Positions 9,436-20,374 of a stretch of 64,000 nt of DNA are shown here, one piece after another. Every line of letters begins with the position of its first letter. The first letter of the stretch is position 1. This DNA comes from Bacteroidales bacterium (GTDB taxonomy: Bacteria; Bacteroidota; Bacteroidia; Bacteroidales; JAGOPY01). A program made the position numbers and the translations under genes. Below the pieces are notes generated by a model. It was not told the origin of the DNA and did not search any database. It was given only the letters and a program-made list of their open reading frames with translations. Location of the stretch: NCBI GenBank assembly GCA_023229505.1, contig JALNZD010000001.1, positions 66,823-130,822 of the forward strand. Direction: 5' to 3'.

Positions 9436-10146
9436 TTAATCCCTTGAAACCACGGTTCCCAATTTTTCTCCTTCAAGAAGTTTTTTAAGGTTCCCCGGTT
9501 GATTCATATTGAAAACCACGATCGGGATATTATTCTCTTCACACAGGGTAAAGGCAGTCATATCCATTATTTTCAAATCTTTCTCGTAGGCTTCGCGGAA
9601 AGTCAGCTGATCATATTTTTTGGCAGAGGGGTTCTTTTCGGGGTCTTCGGTATAAACACCATCAACACGGGTACCTTTGAGCACGGCGTCGGCACCGATT
9701 TCAACCGCCCGCAGGGCAGAAGCTGTATCGGTAGTAAAGTAAGGGTTGCCGGTTCCGCCGCTGAAAATAATCACATACCCCTTTTCCATGTAGTCAATGG
9801 CAGCTGGTCCATAGGCCATTTCCGCGATTTTCGGAATATCAAGACCCGACATGAGCTTAACCCTGACATCAAAATGCTCCAAAGCCGTCTGTAGCGCAAG
9901 ACTATTGATTACCGTGGCCAGCATACCCATATAATCCCCAGTCTGCCGGTCAAAGCCTTGCAGACTACCCTTGATGCCCCGGAAAATATTGCCTCCACCG
10001 ATAACGATCGCAAGTTGTATACCTTTGTGGTAAACTTCTGAGATTTCCAGGGCGTATTCTTGCAACCTGCCGGGGTCAATACCATAAGAAGCTTGTCCCA
10101 TCAGGGATTCACCGCTGAGTTTAAGCAGGACTCTGTTATATTTCAT
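9436..10146 (-). CDS. pyrH: UMP kinase
   Basis: MKYNRVLLKLSGESLMG...IVIGGGNIFRG...RATVMGMLATVIN-type motifs. 236 aa. Confidence 0.95.
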   Translation of the reverse strand: MKYNRVLLKLSGESLMGQASYGIDPGRLQEYALEISEVYHKGIQLAIVIGGGNIFRGIKGSLQGFDRQTGDYMGMLATVINSLALQTALEHFDVRVKLMSGLDIPKIAEMAYGPAAIDYMEKGYVIIFSGGTGNPYFTTDTASALRAVEIGADAVLKGTRVDGVYTEDPEKNPSAKKYDQLTFREAYEKDLKIMDMTAFTLCEENNIPIVVFNMNQPGNLKKLLEGEKLGTVVSRD

Positions 10147-10266
10147 GATAATAATTTCCGGTAAAGTTAATCATTCTTATTTTTCTCAGCCATATGCTAT
10201 TGTAATCATTTAATTAACTTTACATTGACATGTTTGTTGATTAACCTGGATCAAATAAAAAATTAT

Positions 10267-11787
10267 ATGAACTTGCCTGATAATCAAATCCTGGTAATTT
10301 TCGGTGCATCGGGAGATTTAACGAAACGTAAACTCATTCCAGCGCTTTATTCTTTGGAAATTCAGAACTTATTACCGGAAAAATTTGCCATCGTGGGCGT
10401 AAGCCGGACCGAAACAAGTGATGATAATTTCCGCGATGCTATGAAGAAAGGGCTGCAGAAGTATTCCGGAGAGAAGGATGAAAGCAAAGCCGCAGGTTTT
10501 TTAAAAAAGATATTTTATCAGCGTGTTGATGCATCAGATGCTTCTTCTTATAAAAATCTGACAGACAAACTTTCAGAACTTCGAAAGACGTTAAATATCA
10601 ATGGTAATACCATCTTCTATCTTTCAACACCTCCAAGTCTGTATGGAGTAATTCCAAAGAATCTTGCCAAAAACAAACTGAATATTCAAAATGACGGATG
10701 GAAAAGGGTAATCATTGAAAAACCTTTCGGATATGATCTGGAAAGCGCCATTGAACTGAATGCTTCATTACAAAAAGATTGGCATGAAGAGCAGCTTTAC
10801 AGAATAGATCATTACCTGGGTAAGGAAACTGTACAAAATGTCCTGGTAACAAGGTTCACCAACGGCATATTCGAACCCCTATGGAACAGAAATTATGTCC
10901 ACCACGTTGAAATAACTTCAGTAGAAAGCATTGGCGTGGAGAAAAGGGGTGGCTATTATGAAGGATCCGGTGCCCTGCGTGATATGATCCAAAATCATTT
11001 ACTTCAGGTTGTCGGATTAATCGCTATGGAACCACCTACATCTATGCAATCCGATGCTATCAGAAACGAAACGGTAAAAGTTTTTCAATCGCTTCGTTCA
11101 TTTAAAAAGTCAGAAATTATTAAATCTGCTATACGGGGACAATATCTCGCTGCTACGATTAAAGGAGAACAAATAAAAGGATATCGTCAAGAAGTTGGGG
11201 TAGATCCGAATTCCAAAACCGAAACTTACGCGGCGATAAAATTTTATATCGATAACTGGCGATGGGGCGGTGTCCCTTTTTATGTAAGAACCGGCAAGCA
11301 GTTACCCACCCGAGTGTCAGAAGCAGTGATCCACTTTAAACCTACGCCGCATTACCTGTTTTCTCAAAAAGGCGCGTTTGATTCATGTAATCAATTAGTA
11401 ATAAGGATCCAGCCTGACGAAGGCATCCTGTTGAAATTCGGAATGAAGACTCCCGGGGCCGGATTTGAAGTTCAAAATGTGAATATGGACTTTCATTATT
11501 CTGATTTGTCCAATCTAAGGATTCCGGAGGCTTATGAAAGATTGCTGCTTGACAGCATGATAGGCGACACGACTTTGTATGCGAGGAGTGATGCAGTCCT
11601 GGCAACCTGGAAATTTTTGGATCCTGTTTTAAAAGCCTGGAAAAATGATAAATGCATTCCAGTTTACGGCTATCCGGCAGGGACATGGGGCCCGGAAAAG
11701 GCAGATGATTTAATCGAGGAACCTGGTATGACATGGAGATATCCTTGCAAAAACTTATCTGACGACGGAATTTATTGTGAGCTTTAA
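10267..11787 (+). CDS. zwf: glucose-6-phosphate dehydrogenase
   Basis: IFGASGDLTKRKLIPALY NADP motif, the active-site signature RIDHYLGKE, and MIQNHLLQV. The start is taken at the ATG at 10267. The ORF is open from 10225. Confidence 0.95.
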   Translation: MNLPDNQILVIFGASGDLTKRKLIPALYSLEIQNLLPEKFAIVGVSRTETSDDNFRDAMKKGLQKYSGEKDESKAAGFLKKIFYQRVDASDASSYKNLTDKLSELRKTLNINGNTIFYLSTPPSLYGVIPKNLAKNKLNIQNDGWKRVIIEKPFGYDLESAIELNASLQKDWHEEQLYRIDHYLGKETVQNVLVTRFTNGIFEPLWNRNYVHHVEITSVESIGVEKRGGYYEGSGALRDMIQNHLLQVVGLIAMEPPTSMQSDAIRNETVKVFQSLRSFKKSEIIKSAIRGQYLAATIKGEQIKGYRQEVGVDPNSKTETYAAIKFYIDNWRWGGVPFYVRTGKQLPTRVSEAVIHFKPTPHYLFSQKGAFDSCNQLVIRIQPDEGILLKFGMKTPGAGFEVQNVNMDFHYSDLSNLRIPEAYERLLLDSMIGDTTLYARSDAVLATWKFLDPVLKAWKNDKCIPVYGYPAGTWGPEKADDLIEEPGMTWRYPCKNLSDDGIYCEL

Positions 11788-12542
11788 TGATGAAAGAAAC
11801 GATTCATATTTTTTCATCCGTCGAAAAACTTGCAGATTTCTTTGCCGGAAGAATTTCAGAAAGTATTTCAGGAACTGCCGGAGACCAGTTTTTTTACATT
11901 GCCCTGTCGGGCGGTTCGACACCCAGGGCGATCTATAAAACAATTGCAGAAAATTATAAAGATGAAATTGATTGGTCTAAAGTAATGATTTTTTGGGGGG
12001 ACGAAAGATGTGTAACCCCTACGAGTGATGAAAGCAATTACAAAATGGCGTACGATAGCTTATTTAAAAATATAAATATTCCTGAATCCAATATTTACAG
12101 GATCGAAGCTGAAAAAGATCCGGCGCTTGAAGCTGAAAGGTATGCTGAAATGGTCGATTTGCTGCTCCCTCATAAAATAAATAATCCTCAATTTGATATG
12201 GTCGTACTTGGACTAGGAGAAGACGGCCATACTGCTTCAATTTTCCCTGATAATATTCATTTATTTAATTCCGAAAAACTCTTTGAAATAAGCCAGCATC
12301 CGGCTACAAAGCAAAAAAGAATTACGGCGACAGGAAGGCTCATAAACAATTCGAAAGAGGTCTGTTTCCTGGTCACCGGTGCAAGTAAAGCAGAAAGAGT
12401 ATCCCAGATCCTGCAAAAGAAAGCAGGCTGGCAGGATTTACCTGCATCGCTGGTCAAGCCGACAGATGGGGAATTAATCTGGATGCTTGATGATCTGGCA
12501 GGACAAATGCTCATTAAAGAAGCTGGCAATTTCCGCGGTTGA
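11787..12542 (+). CDS. pgl: 6-phosphogluconolactonase
   Basis: [15 protein letters not shown] and [14 protein letters not shown] motifs. The start overlaps the zwf stop (TAATG). Confidence 0.9.
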   Translation: MMKETIHIFSSVEKLADFFAGRISESISGTAGDQFFYIALSGGSTPRAIYKTIAENYKDEIDWSKVMIFWGDERCVTPTSDESNYKMAYDSLFKNINIPESNIYRIEAEKDPALEAERYAEMVDLLLPHKINNPQFDMVVLGLGEDGHTASIFPDNIHLFNSEKLFEISQHPATKQKRITATGRLINNSKEVCFLVTGASKAERVSQILQKKAGWQDLPASLVKPTDGELIWMLDDLAGQMLIKEAGNFRG

Positions 12543-15500
12543 GATCGTGTTCGATCATCTTGTATTTGGTGACCAGTATCCTGCCATCCGTGTATTGGAC
12601 CTTGACTTTGTCGTTTCGGCCGATCTTGGGTATATCACGGCGTTGGGGTTCTTTGGGACGGTCAGCCTGGGTATCGCTGTGAGCCTGTGCAAGAAGGTCC
12701 CTCCTTTCTTCACGCATACGGGTGCGGTCGATTCCCCTCGGGGCCCTGGCCTCCCTGACGGAAGAGGCATCCTGGAGCGGCAGTTTTCCCCTGATCAGAA
12801 AAGTGGTAATTTCTTCGTTAATTTTCCCGATCATCTTCTTAAACAGCTCAAACGCCTCAAATTTATATATCAATAAAGGATCTTTCTGCTCATAAGCCGC
12901 ATTCTGGACTGATTGTTTCAATTCGTCCATTTCCCTTAGGTGCTCCTTCCAGGCATCATCGATCATGGCAAGGGTAATCCCTTTCTCGATGGACAGGATG
13001 ATCTCTTTTCCTCCGCTATCATAAGATTTTTTCAGGTTAGCAACGACGTTCATCGTCTTTATGCCATCAGTAATGGGGATAGCAATGTTTTCAAATTGCG
13101 GCTGGTTTTCATAAACATCCCGGATTACCGGATATGCCAGTTCGGCAATTCTTTTTGATTTTCCCCTGTAATGATCATAAGCTGCTTCATAAAGCCTGTC
13201 TGACATTTCTTCCACCCTTATTGAAAAGAATTCATCGGCTGTAAATGGGGATTCCAATGCCAGGTACTTCAGAAGGGCCATTTTGAAACCGTCAAAATCC
13301 TTCTCTTCAAGATATTGGTTGATCTGTTGTTCCCCAACATCATACATCATATTGGAAATGTCGACTGCCAGGCGGTCACCGAATAAAGCATGGCGGCGCT
13401 TTTTATAGATGACTTCGCGCTGTGAGTTCATCACATCGTCATACTGCAGCAATCTTTTACGGATGCCGAAGTTGTTCTCTTCCACTTTTTTCTGGGCCCG
13501 CTCGATCGATTTGGTGATCATGGAATGCTGGATCACTTCACCTTCTTTGATACCCAGCCGGTCCATGATTTTCGCAATCCTGTCAGAGCCGAACATACGC
13601 ATGAGGTCATCCTCCAGTGCGACAAAAAACTGTGTTGAACCCGGGTCGCCCTGGCGGCCTGCACGACCTCTCAACTGCCGGTCAACCCGACGGGATTCGT
13701 GCCGTTCTGTTCCTATAATGGCCAATCCACCAGCATCTTTTACGCCGGGACCGAGCTTAATATCAGTACCACGTCCGGCCATATTGGTAGCAATGGTCAC
13801 CGTGCCGGCTTTGCCTGCTTCGGCCACTATTTCAGCCTCTTTCTGATGTAATTTGGCATTTAATACGTTATGACGAATTTTAACCCTGGTGAGCATCCTG
13901 CTTAATAATTCCGATGTTTCGACAGAGGTTGTTCCGACAAGAGCCGGCCGTCCCTTGGCAACCAGATCTTCTATTTCCTTGATAACTGCATTGAATTTTT
14001 CCCGTTTGGTTTTGTAAACCAAATCTTCCCGGTCATCTCTTATAACCGGCCGGTTGGTAGGAATGACAACCACATCGAGTTTATATATATCCCATAGCTC
14101 ACCGGCTTCGGTCTCAGCCGTACCGGTCATACCGGCCAGCTTTTTGTACATCCTGAAATAATTCTGTAAAGTAATCGTGGCGTAAGTCTGCGTAGCGGCT
14201 TCAACCTTCACGTTTTCCTTGGCTTCAAGGGCCTGGTGAAGACCGTCAGAATAACGCCGGCCCTCCATAATACGGCCGGTTTGCTCATCAACGATCTTGA
14301 TCTTGTTGTCAATAATAACGTATTCTACGTCCTTCTCAAAGAGTGAGTAACCTTTGAGAAGCTGGTTAACCGTATGCACCCTTTCCGACTTGATCGAATA
14401 TTCCTGCATCAGTTCTTCTTTCTTATCCCGCTTCTCCGAATCATTAAGAGAAGACTTTTCAATTTCTGCTAATTCGGAACCAATATCAGGCAGCATATAG
14501 AATTTATGATCGCCGGTATATTCGGTCAGCAGGTCAATACCTTTCTCGGTGATATCAATGGAATTATGTTGCTCATCAATAACAAAGAACAACTCATCAT
14601 CGATAAGATGCATATTTTTCTGTTGCTCCTGGAGATGGAAGTTTTCCGTTTTCTGCATCAATGCTTTCATGCCTGGTTCGCTAAGGAATTTGATCAGGGC
14701 GTTATTTTTAGGCAGGCCGCGGTGAGCTCTGAAAATAAGCTCTCCTCCTTTTTTTTCATCTTCCGGTGAGGCATTTTCGGTGAGTAGCTTTTTGGCTTCA
14801 GCCAAAATTTTTGTTACAAAAGTTCGTTGGGAGGAATACAGCTTTTCAATCTGGGGCTTGTAGTTTTCAAATTCCTGCTTTTCCCCCTGTGGAGTTGGCC
14901 CCGAGATGATTAATGGTGTCCGTGCATCATCAATTAATACGGAGTCCACCTCATCAACAATAGTATAGTTATGACCCCGCTGAACCAACTCATCCGGGTT
15001 TCCGGTCATGTTATCCCTCAGGTAATCAAATCCGAACTCATTGTTGGTGCCGAATGTAATGTCCGCCAGGTAAGCATTCCGTCGGGCAGTGGAGTTAGGC
15101 TGATGTTTATCGATACAATCAACTTTAAGGCCGTGGAATTCGTATAATGTTCCCATCCACTCGGAGTCACGTTTTGCCAGGTAGTCATTGACAGTAACAA
15201 TATGAACCCCTTTCCCGGGTAAGGCATTCAGATAAACAGGCAAAGTAGCAACAAGCGTTTTCCCTTCTCCTGTGCCCATTTCAGAGATCTTCCCCTGGTG
15301 GAGGACGATACCGCCTATAAGCTGAACATCATAATGCACCATATCCCAGGTGATGATGTTTCCACCGGCCAGCCATTGATTTTTATAATACGCTTTATCG
15401 CCGGAAATGTAAATGCTGTCCCTATTAGTGGCCAGTTCACGGTCCATATCGGTTGCAGTAACTTCAACCACCTCATTTTCTTTAAAACGCCGGGCCGTTT

Positions 15501-15846
15501 CTTTCATCACACAAAATGCTTCAGGGAGAATCTCATTTAACACGTCCTGGCTGATCCGGTAACTTTCCTTTTCATGCTTATCTATCTGTTCCCACAATTT
15601 TTCCCTTTCCATGATATCCTCTTCCGATTCGATCTGGAGTTTTATCGCTTCGATCTGGCTGATTTCTACTTCTATTCTTTCTGCAATTTTCTTGCGAAAT
15701 TCAGCTGTTTTAGCTCTTAATTCATCATTGCTTAGCCGGGAAATTGCCTCATAGGAGGCTTTAGTATTAATTAGAATAGGATTGATCTCTTTAATATCGC
15801 GGGTGGACTTATCTCCGAAAATTTTCTGTAGTAGCTTCATATGCAA
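12514..15846 (-). CDS. secA: preprotein translocase ATPase SecA
   Basis: 1110 aa. [14 protein letters not shown] Walker [33 protein letters not shown]. The 3-prime end overlaps pgl convergently by 29 nt. Confidence 0.97.
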   Translation of the reverse strand: MHMKLLQKIFGDKSTRDIKEINPILINTKASYEAISRLSNDELRAKTAEFRKKIAERIEVEISQIEAIKLQIESEEDIMEREKLWEQIDKHEKESYRISQDVLNEILPEAFCVMKETARRFKENEVVEVTATDMDRELATNRDSIYISGDKAYYKNQWLAGGNIITWDMVHYDVQLIGGIVLHQGKISEMGTGEGKTLVATLPVYLNALPGKGVHIVTVNDYLAKRDSEWMGTLYEFHGLKVDCIDKHQPNSTARRNAYLADITFGTNNEFGFDYLRDNMTGNPDELVQRGHNYTIVDEVDSVLIDDARTPLIISGPTPQGEKQEFENYKPQIEKLYSSQRTFVTKILAEAKKLLTENASPEDEKKGGELIFRAHRGLPKNNALIKFLSEPGMKALMQKTENFHLQEQQKNMHLIDDELFFVIDEQHNSIDITEKGIDLLTEYTGDHKFYMLPDIGSELAEIEKSSLNDSEKRDKKEELMQEYSIKSERVHTVNQLLKGYSLFEKDVEYVIIDNKIKIVDEQTGRIMEGRRYSDGLHQALEAKENVKVEAATQTYATITLQNYFRMYKKLAGMTGTAETEAGELWDIYKLDVVVIPTNRPVIRDDREDLVYKTKREKFNAVIKEIEDLVAKGRPALVGTTSVETSELLSRMLTRVKIRHNVLNAKLHQKEAEIVAEAGKAGTVTIATNMAGRGTDIKLGPGVKDAGGLAIIGTERHESRRVDRQLRGRAGRQGDPGSTQFFVALEDDLMRMFGSDRIAKIMDRLGIKEGEVIQHSMITKSIERAQKKVEENNFGIRKRLLQYDDVMNSQREVIYKKRRHALFGDRLAVDISNMMYDVGEQQINQYLEEKDFDGFKMALLKYLALESPFTADEFFSIRVEEMSDRLYEAAYDHYRGKSKRIAELAYPVIRDVYENQPQFENIAIPITDGIKTMNVVANLKKSYDSGGKEIILSIEKGITLAMIDDAWKEHLREMDELKQSVQNAAYEQKDPLLIYKFEAFELFKKMIGKINEEITTFLIRGKLPLQDASSVREARAPRGIDRTRMREERRDLLAQAHSDTQADRPKEPQRRDIPKIGRNDKVKVQYTDGRILVTKYKMIEHDLNRGNCQLL

Positions 15847-15982
15847 AGTAATTTGGCGCTAGTTTGCGCAATAATTGTTCCTTTACGCCTGTCTGAAGAT
15901 TATTGACACTTTGGCAGGTAAAAATCCAGGTTTTTTCGGAACAAAATTAATCCAAATAGCCGATTTAAAAACAAAAGGGGCC

Positions 15983-17362
15983 TTAAATTGATCCTAATAA
16001 CTTTTTTATATTTTCGCTTGGGCTTGGCGCCGGGCAGCTTATGATCTGCCCTTTATCATCTATGAGAATGAAATGAGGATAGGTGTTGGCATCATAATTT
16101 TCAAGCAATTCCAGGCTGCCCCCATATTGAAGAACCAGCCATGGCAGGTCCGCCATCTTCAGATATGCGGCAAGCTTGCCGGGATCTTTGTCGACTGAAA
16201 CAGCCAAGAAAACGACCTTGTTTTTAAATTCCTCATAAATATCGGTAATCATCCCAAGTTCAGACTGGCAAGCAGGATTACCTGATTCAAAAAAAACCAG
16301 GTAAATGTATTTCCCATTGAAATCAGTGAGTCGATAATTTTTTTCATCATTGATACCGGATAAATTAAAGTCAGGCGCCGGACTTCCAGGTTGCAACCTT
16401 CTCAGCCGGACCATTATGTTATCAGTTAATTTCCGGGTTTCTGGGGAGCTGGTATTCCTGGAAATTTCATCCATGAGCAATATGATCCTGTTATGCTTGA
16501 AGCCAGAAATGTTATAAAGTTCTTTAAGCCCATCCAATAGAAGCAGTTCCCGTAATTCAACATCTTTCATGACCGGATCGGCTTTCAGCGAATCGAGTAC
16601 ATCAGCAGAAGAAGCATTTCCGTTGACCAGATCATAAGTTTTGTTGTAATTAAAGTATTTCCCCCCAGCGAGGAAGTATTTTTCGAAAAAAAGATGAAAA
16701 AAGTCCATATACTCGATGTTTTCATAAAGTACCGGTTTCCCGGTAAAATATTCCAGCCCGATATTATCCCTGCTTTTCAATCTGAGAAATAGTTGCATCG
16801 AAGCAGTTTTGTAACGGATATAATCCTTGAAATATGGGTTAGTTGCATTTTGAAACCGCAGGTTTATGGCTTTGATAAATGTGTCGAACATACTGCCGGC
16901 ACTGCGGGATCTGACATTATCAGCATAGTTCAGCAGGAAATCATTATATAATTGATTAAAATCCTGAATGTACAAATTCAGATTATCGCTATCATCTTTT
17001 ACTATTTTAATGGGTAAACCGGTCCGGTTGTAATATGAAGTTGAAATGGAAAGGTTTTTCAGCTCTATTTCGATTTCATACGACTGGCCAGGCTGGATAA
17101 ACATTTCGGCCTGTTGAAATTCTATATCAAGCCAGACATATTTTATCGCATTGTTTTCAATGGTGAAATGGAACTTCTCGTCTTCTCCAATCGGGGCACT
17201 GGCCAGGGTTTCTCTCAGGTAAGAGACCTGGTCGCTGTAGGTCATCAATCTGATTGTCAAGCCTTTTCCATTTATTATTTTCCCGCTGACGCTCGATATT
17301 TCAGCCCTCAACGTCAGACCGATAAGCAAGATCAGAATGAAAGTGGCAGTTATCTTTTTCAT
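15983..17362 (-). CDS. thioredoxin-fold (TlpA/redoxin-like) protein with a long N-terminal domain
   Basis: Signal peptide, then a C-terminal redoxin-like region APDFNLSGINDEKNYRLTDFNGKYIYLVFFESGNPACQSE...VVFLAVSVD. Only one Cys is at the active-site position (PACQS), not the CxxC motif. Confidence 0.7.
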   Translation of the reverse strand: MKKITATFILILLIGLTLRAEISSVSGKIINGKGLTIRLMTYSDQVSYLRETLASAPIGEDEKFHFTIENNAIKYVWLDIEFQQAEMFIQPGQSYEIEIELKNLSISTSYYNRTGLPIKIVKDDSDNLNLYIQDFNQLYNDFLLNYADNVRSRSAGSMFDTFIKAINLRFQNATNPYFKDYIRYKTASMQLFLRLKSRDNIGLEYFTGKPVLYENIEYMDFFHLFFEKYFLAGGKYFNYNKTYDLVNGNASSADVLDSLKADPVMKDVELRELLLLDGLKELYNISGFKHNRIILLMDEISRNTSSPETRKLTDNIMVRLRRLQPGSPAPDFNLSGINDEKNYRLTDFNGKYIYLVFFESGNPACQSELGMITDIYEEFKNKVVFLAVSVDKDPGKLAAYLKMADLPWLVLQYGGSLELLENYDANTYPHFILIDDKGQIISCPAPSPSENIKKLLGSI

Positions 17363-17441
17363 ACCATAGGTTTAATACAAAACGGTCAAATGGTTGGTTT
17401 ATTCCCCGGTCAGGCGGAAGTTGTTAAAGTTGGGGCAAGCA

Positions 17442-17900
17442 TCAGAATTTCACTACATCAGGGACAAATTGCGAAGGATCACCGCCGTTTCTCAGGATAT
17501 CCCTGACTATAGATGAATTAAGTGCAGTAAATTCAGGGGTTGTCAGCAGAAAAACCGTTTCAATATCAGGGTTGAGGTTTTTATTGATCTGGCCTATGCT
17601 CCTTTCAAACTCAAAATCAGCGGAAGTCCTTAGTCCCCTAAGCAGGAACCTGGCGTTTACCCTTTTACAGAAGTCGACCGTCAGGCCCTTGTAAGACTGC
17701 ACACTCACTTTAGGTTCATCCGCGAAGACAGCTTTTATCCATTTCATTCTCCGTTCAAGCGGGAAGAAGCTTTTCTTTTCCGCATTTTCTCCAATAGCAA
17801 TAATAATTTGATCAAACAGCGGGATGGCCCGCAGGATGATCGACTCATGACCCTTGGTAATCGGGTCAAAGGAACCCGGGAAAACAGCAATTCGTTCCAT
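17442..17900 (-). CDS. coaD: phosphopantetheine adenylyltransferase
   Basis: MERIAVFPGSFDPITKGHESII is the canonical CoaD N-terminus. The ORF-track start at 18092 is an upstream read-through extension. Confidence 0.9.
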   Translation of the reverse strand: MERIAVFPGSFDPITKGHESIILRAIPLFDQIIIAIGENAEKKSFFPLERRMKWIKAVFADEPKVSVQSYKGLTVDFCKRVNARFLLRGLRTSADFEFERSIGQINKNLNPDIETVFLLTTPEFTALNSSIVRDILRNGGDPSQFVPDVVKF

Positions 17901-18014
17901 CCCAGCAGATTTTAAGCAAAGATAAATTAAATTGACATGAAATGTAATAATGTCAACACTCATGAAGTTATGAACAATTAAAACCAATCTATCTAAACTT
18001 TTTAAATTTGCTTC

Positions 18015-18656
18015 ATGATCTTTAATGAAGAAATTGCCAGAACGACTGCCAGGTCTCTTCTCCAGGTCAAGGCAGTCAAATTGAACCCTCACGATCCTTT
18101 CACATGGACATCAGGGATCAAATCGCCGATTTATTGTGATAATCGCATCACTTTATCATTTCACGCCATCCGGACTTACATCCGGCAGCAGCTTGTCCAT
18201 ATCATCCGGGAAGAATTCGGAGTGGTGGAATACATAGCAGGTGTTGCTACCGGCGGCATTGCCCAGGGAGCTCTTGTAGCCCAGGAATTCGGCATTCCGA
18301 TGGTTTATGTCAGGTCTGAAAAGAAACAGCACGGGCTGGAGAATAAGATTGAAGGCAGGGTGGAGACAGGCAAGTCGGTTGTCGTTGTAGAAGACCTGGT
18401 TTCGACGGGGAGCAGCAGTCTTGCTGCGGTGCATGCCCTTACGGAAGCCGGATTTATAGTCAAAGGGATGGTTGCGATTTTCAGCTATAATCTTGACTCG
18501 GCCAAAAAGAACTTCGATGATGCCAAATGCAGGCTGATCACTTTATCGGATTACAATTCCCTGATAAATGAAGCGCTCGAAAGTAACTACATTACTGATG
18601 ACGACCTTCAGTCGCTCGTGAAATGGCGTGATAATCCTGAAAAATGGGCAAAGTAG
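18015..18656 (+). CDS. pyrE: orotate phosphoribosyltransferase
   Basis: FTWTSGIKSPIYCDNR and the PRPP-binding loop VVVVEDLVSTGSSS. Confidence 0.9.
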   Translation: MIFNEEIARTTARSLLQVKAVKLNPHDPFTWTSGIKSPIYCDNRITLSFHAIRTYIRQQLVHIIREEFGVVEYIAGVATGGIAQGALVAQEFGIPMVYVRSEKKQHGLENKIEGRVETGKSVVVVEDLVSTGSSSLAAVHALTEAGFIVKGMVAIFSYNLDSAKKNFDDAKCRLITLSDYNSLINEALESNYITDDDLQSLVKWRDNPEKWAK

Positions 18657-19051
18657 ATTTCCAGAGCCATAAGGTTCAGATTCAGGTCACGGTTGAAAAA
18701 GCTTATTCATTTCTGTATGATCTGAATAATCTTCAAAAGCTTATGCCGGAGCAGATCATCAACTGGCAGTCGACCGAAGATTCCTGCTCTTTCGATATAA
18801 AAGGAATGGCCCATATTTCACTGGAAAGGGCCGAAACAATCCCGGAGCAGCTTGTCAGGATCATCTCAAAACCCGAAAATCCCATTGATCTTGAAATCAG
18901 GGGAAACCTTGAAAAACAAACAGCTGATCAAACCACTTTATGGATTGAACTTACGGCGGATTTAAGCCCTATGCTGAAATTAATGGCGTCAGGTCCAATG
19001 CAGAACCTGGTTAATATCATGGCGGATAAGCTCAAGGAAGCATCCTTTTGA
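18644..19051 (+). CDS. SRPBCC-fold family protein (function unknown)
   Basis: 135 aa, overlaps the pyrE end by 13 nt. The alternating beta pattern and C-terminal helix are consistent with the SRPBCC/START-like fold. Assigned by resemblance only. Confidence 0.5.
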   Translation: MGKVDFQSHKVQIQVTVEKAYSFLYDLNNLQKLMPEQIINWQSTEDSCSFDIKGMAHISLERAETIPEQLVRIISKPENPIDLEIRGNLEKQTADQTTLWIELTADLSPMLKLMASGPMQNLVNIMADKLKEASF

Positions 19052-19086
19052 ATTCCTAATTTCAAATTTCAAATTTGATTTCTTTG
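19052..19086. repeat. heptanucleotide array (AAATTTG-type) between convergent genes, spanning the birA stop
   Basis: attccta atttcaa atttcaa atttgat. The reverse complement of 19059..19076 matches 3734..3751 at 17 of 18 positions. The birA stop TGA (19064-19062) lies inside the array. Confidence 0.45.
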
Positions 19087-19814
19087 AGATCGCATTCTAT
19101 AATCTTTTCTCCAGGAATTTCGAGGATAAGCTGACCATACCGGTTTACACCGATGATTCTGGCCTGTATAGGGTTTCCTTTATAAATATACCCGGATAAT
19201 TGCTGCATCCGGTATAGGAGTTTAAGATAGTCTTCATCGATTTCCTTTTTTGCGCCTTGCTTTAATTGATTTAAACGGTGTTCAATTTTAGCTAAAGTCC
19301 GGCTCAGCATTTCATCAAGATCAAATGCAGTTTCTGCCACCATCTTTAGTGAAACCGGATTTGAGGCTTCACCGGAAAATGATTCCTGATTAATATTAAT
19401 GCCAATGCCGATCACGGAAAAATCAAACTGAGAGCCTTTAACTCCATTCTGTATCAGGGTGCCGGCAACCTTATGATTGCCGATATAAATATCATTTGGC
19501 CATTTGATCCGGATATCATCACGTTCAGGCAGAACTTCCCTGACGAGATCGGTAAGGCCAAGTGAAATAATTTTATTGAGGTAGAACTGGGCTTCTATGG
19601 CCAGGAATGACGGGTAGAGTAAAAAGCTGAATGTAAGGTTCCGCCCGGGCTCACTTTCCCATTTGCTGCCATCCATGCCTCTTCCTGCTGTCTGGAAATC
19701 AGAAATGACCAGTGTGCCCTCCTTAAGCTTTTCCCTGGTAAGCCAATCCATAAGAAAGCGGTTTGTGGAGTCGACTTCTGTTAATCGTGTGATTTCAGAT
19801 CCAATTATTGCCAT
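19062..19814 (-). CDS. birA: biotin--[acetyl-CoA-carboxylase] ligase (no N-terminal HTH)
   Basis: QTAGRGMDGSKWESEPGRNLTFS and KWPNDIYIGNHKVAGTL motifs. 250 aa. Confidence 0.85.
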   Translation of the reverse strand: MAIIGSEITRLTEVDSTNRFLMDWLTREKLKEGTLVISDFQTAGRGMDGSKWESEPGRNLTFSFLLYPSFLAIEAQFYLNKIISLGLTDLVREVLPERDDIRIKWPNDIYIGNHKVAGTLIQNGVKGSQFDFSVIGIGININQESFSGEASNPVSLKMVAETAFDLDEMLSRTLAKIEHRLNQLKQGAKKEIDEDYLKLLYRMQQLSGYIYKGNPIQARIIGVNRYGQLILEIPGEKIIECDLKEIKFEI

Positions 19815-19932
19815 TTTTAAACAACTTGTACAAAAATACGTTTTAAGGTGTTAAGAAGCAAAGATCAGCCTTAACGTACTAATAAATAAGAGATAGGCAA
19901 AGCTATTCGATGAAAAGCATCGTAAAAAAGTT

Positions 19933-19940
19933 TAATTTTG
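19933..19940 (+). promoter_or_regulatory. candidate -7 box TAnnTTTG upstream of rsfS
   Basis: TAATTTTG lies 20 nt upstream of the ATG at 19961. Confidence 0.3.
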
Positions 19941-19960
19941 CAGGGAAATAAAATATTTGA

Positions 19961-20332
19961 ATGACACCGGACTTATATGAATCAGAAGAATTGACCAAGC
20001 TCATCGTTCAGGGCATGGAAGACACAAAAGCTAAAAACATTGTCATACTTGATTTGCAAGACATCGAACACTCCATCACTAATTATTTTGTAATTTGTCA
20101 TGGCAGCTCGAAACCACAACTGGAAGCCATTGCGGGTTCCATCATCGAAAAGACGGTAAGGAATTTGAAAGCTAAACCCTGGCATAAAGAAGGCTTTGAA
20201 AACGCGGAATGGATTTTGCTGGATTACGTCGACGTCGTTGTTCACATTTTTCGGGAAGATAGAAGGGACTTTTATCAGCTTGAGAAATTATGGGCAGATG
20301 CCGCCATCACGCATCATGACTATAAAGAATAA
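19961..20332 (+). CDS. rsfS: ribosome silencing factor
   Basis: 123 aa. NYFVICHGSSKPQLEAIA...WILLDYVDVVVHIF...R.FYQLEKLW is the RsfS/iojap signature. Confidence 0.9.
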   Translation: MTPDLYESEELTKLIVQGMEDTKAKNIVILDLQDIEHSITNYFVICHGSSKPQLEAIAGSIIEKTVRNLKAKPWHKEGFENAEWILLDYVDVVVHIFREDRRDFYQLEKLWADAAITHHDYKE

Positions 20333-20374
20333 TAATCAGCTTTTTTTTAAGATCTAAAGCACAAATCGGACAGA

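Noticed and set aside
12514-12650. The SecA C-terminus lacks the canonical CxCxSGx8C(H/C) zinc-finger tail (it ends ...[35 protein letters not shown])
   Set aside because: This is probably a lineage-typical alternative C-terminal tail of Bacteroidota SecA rather than a local anomaly. It cannot be judged without an alignment.
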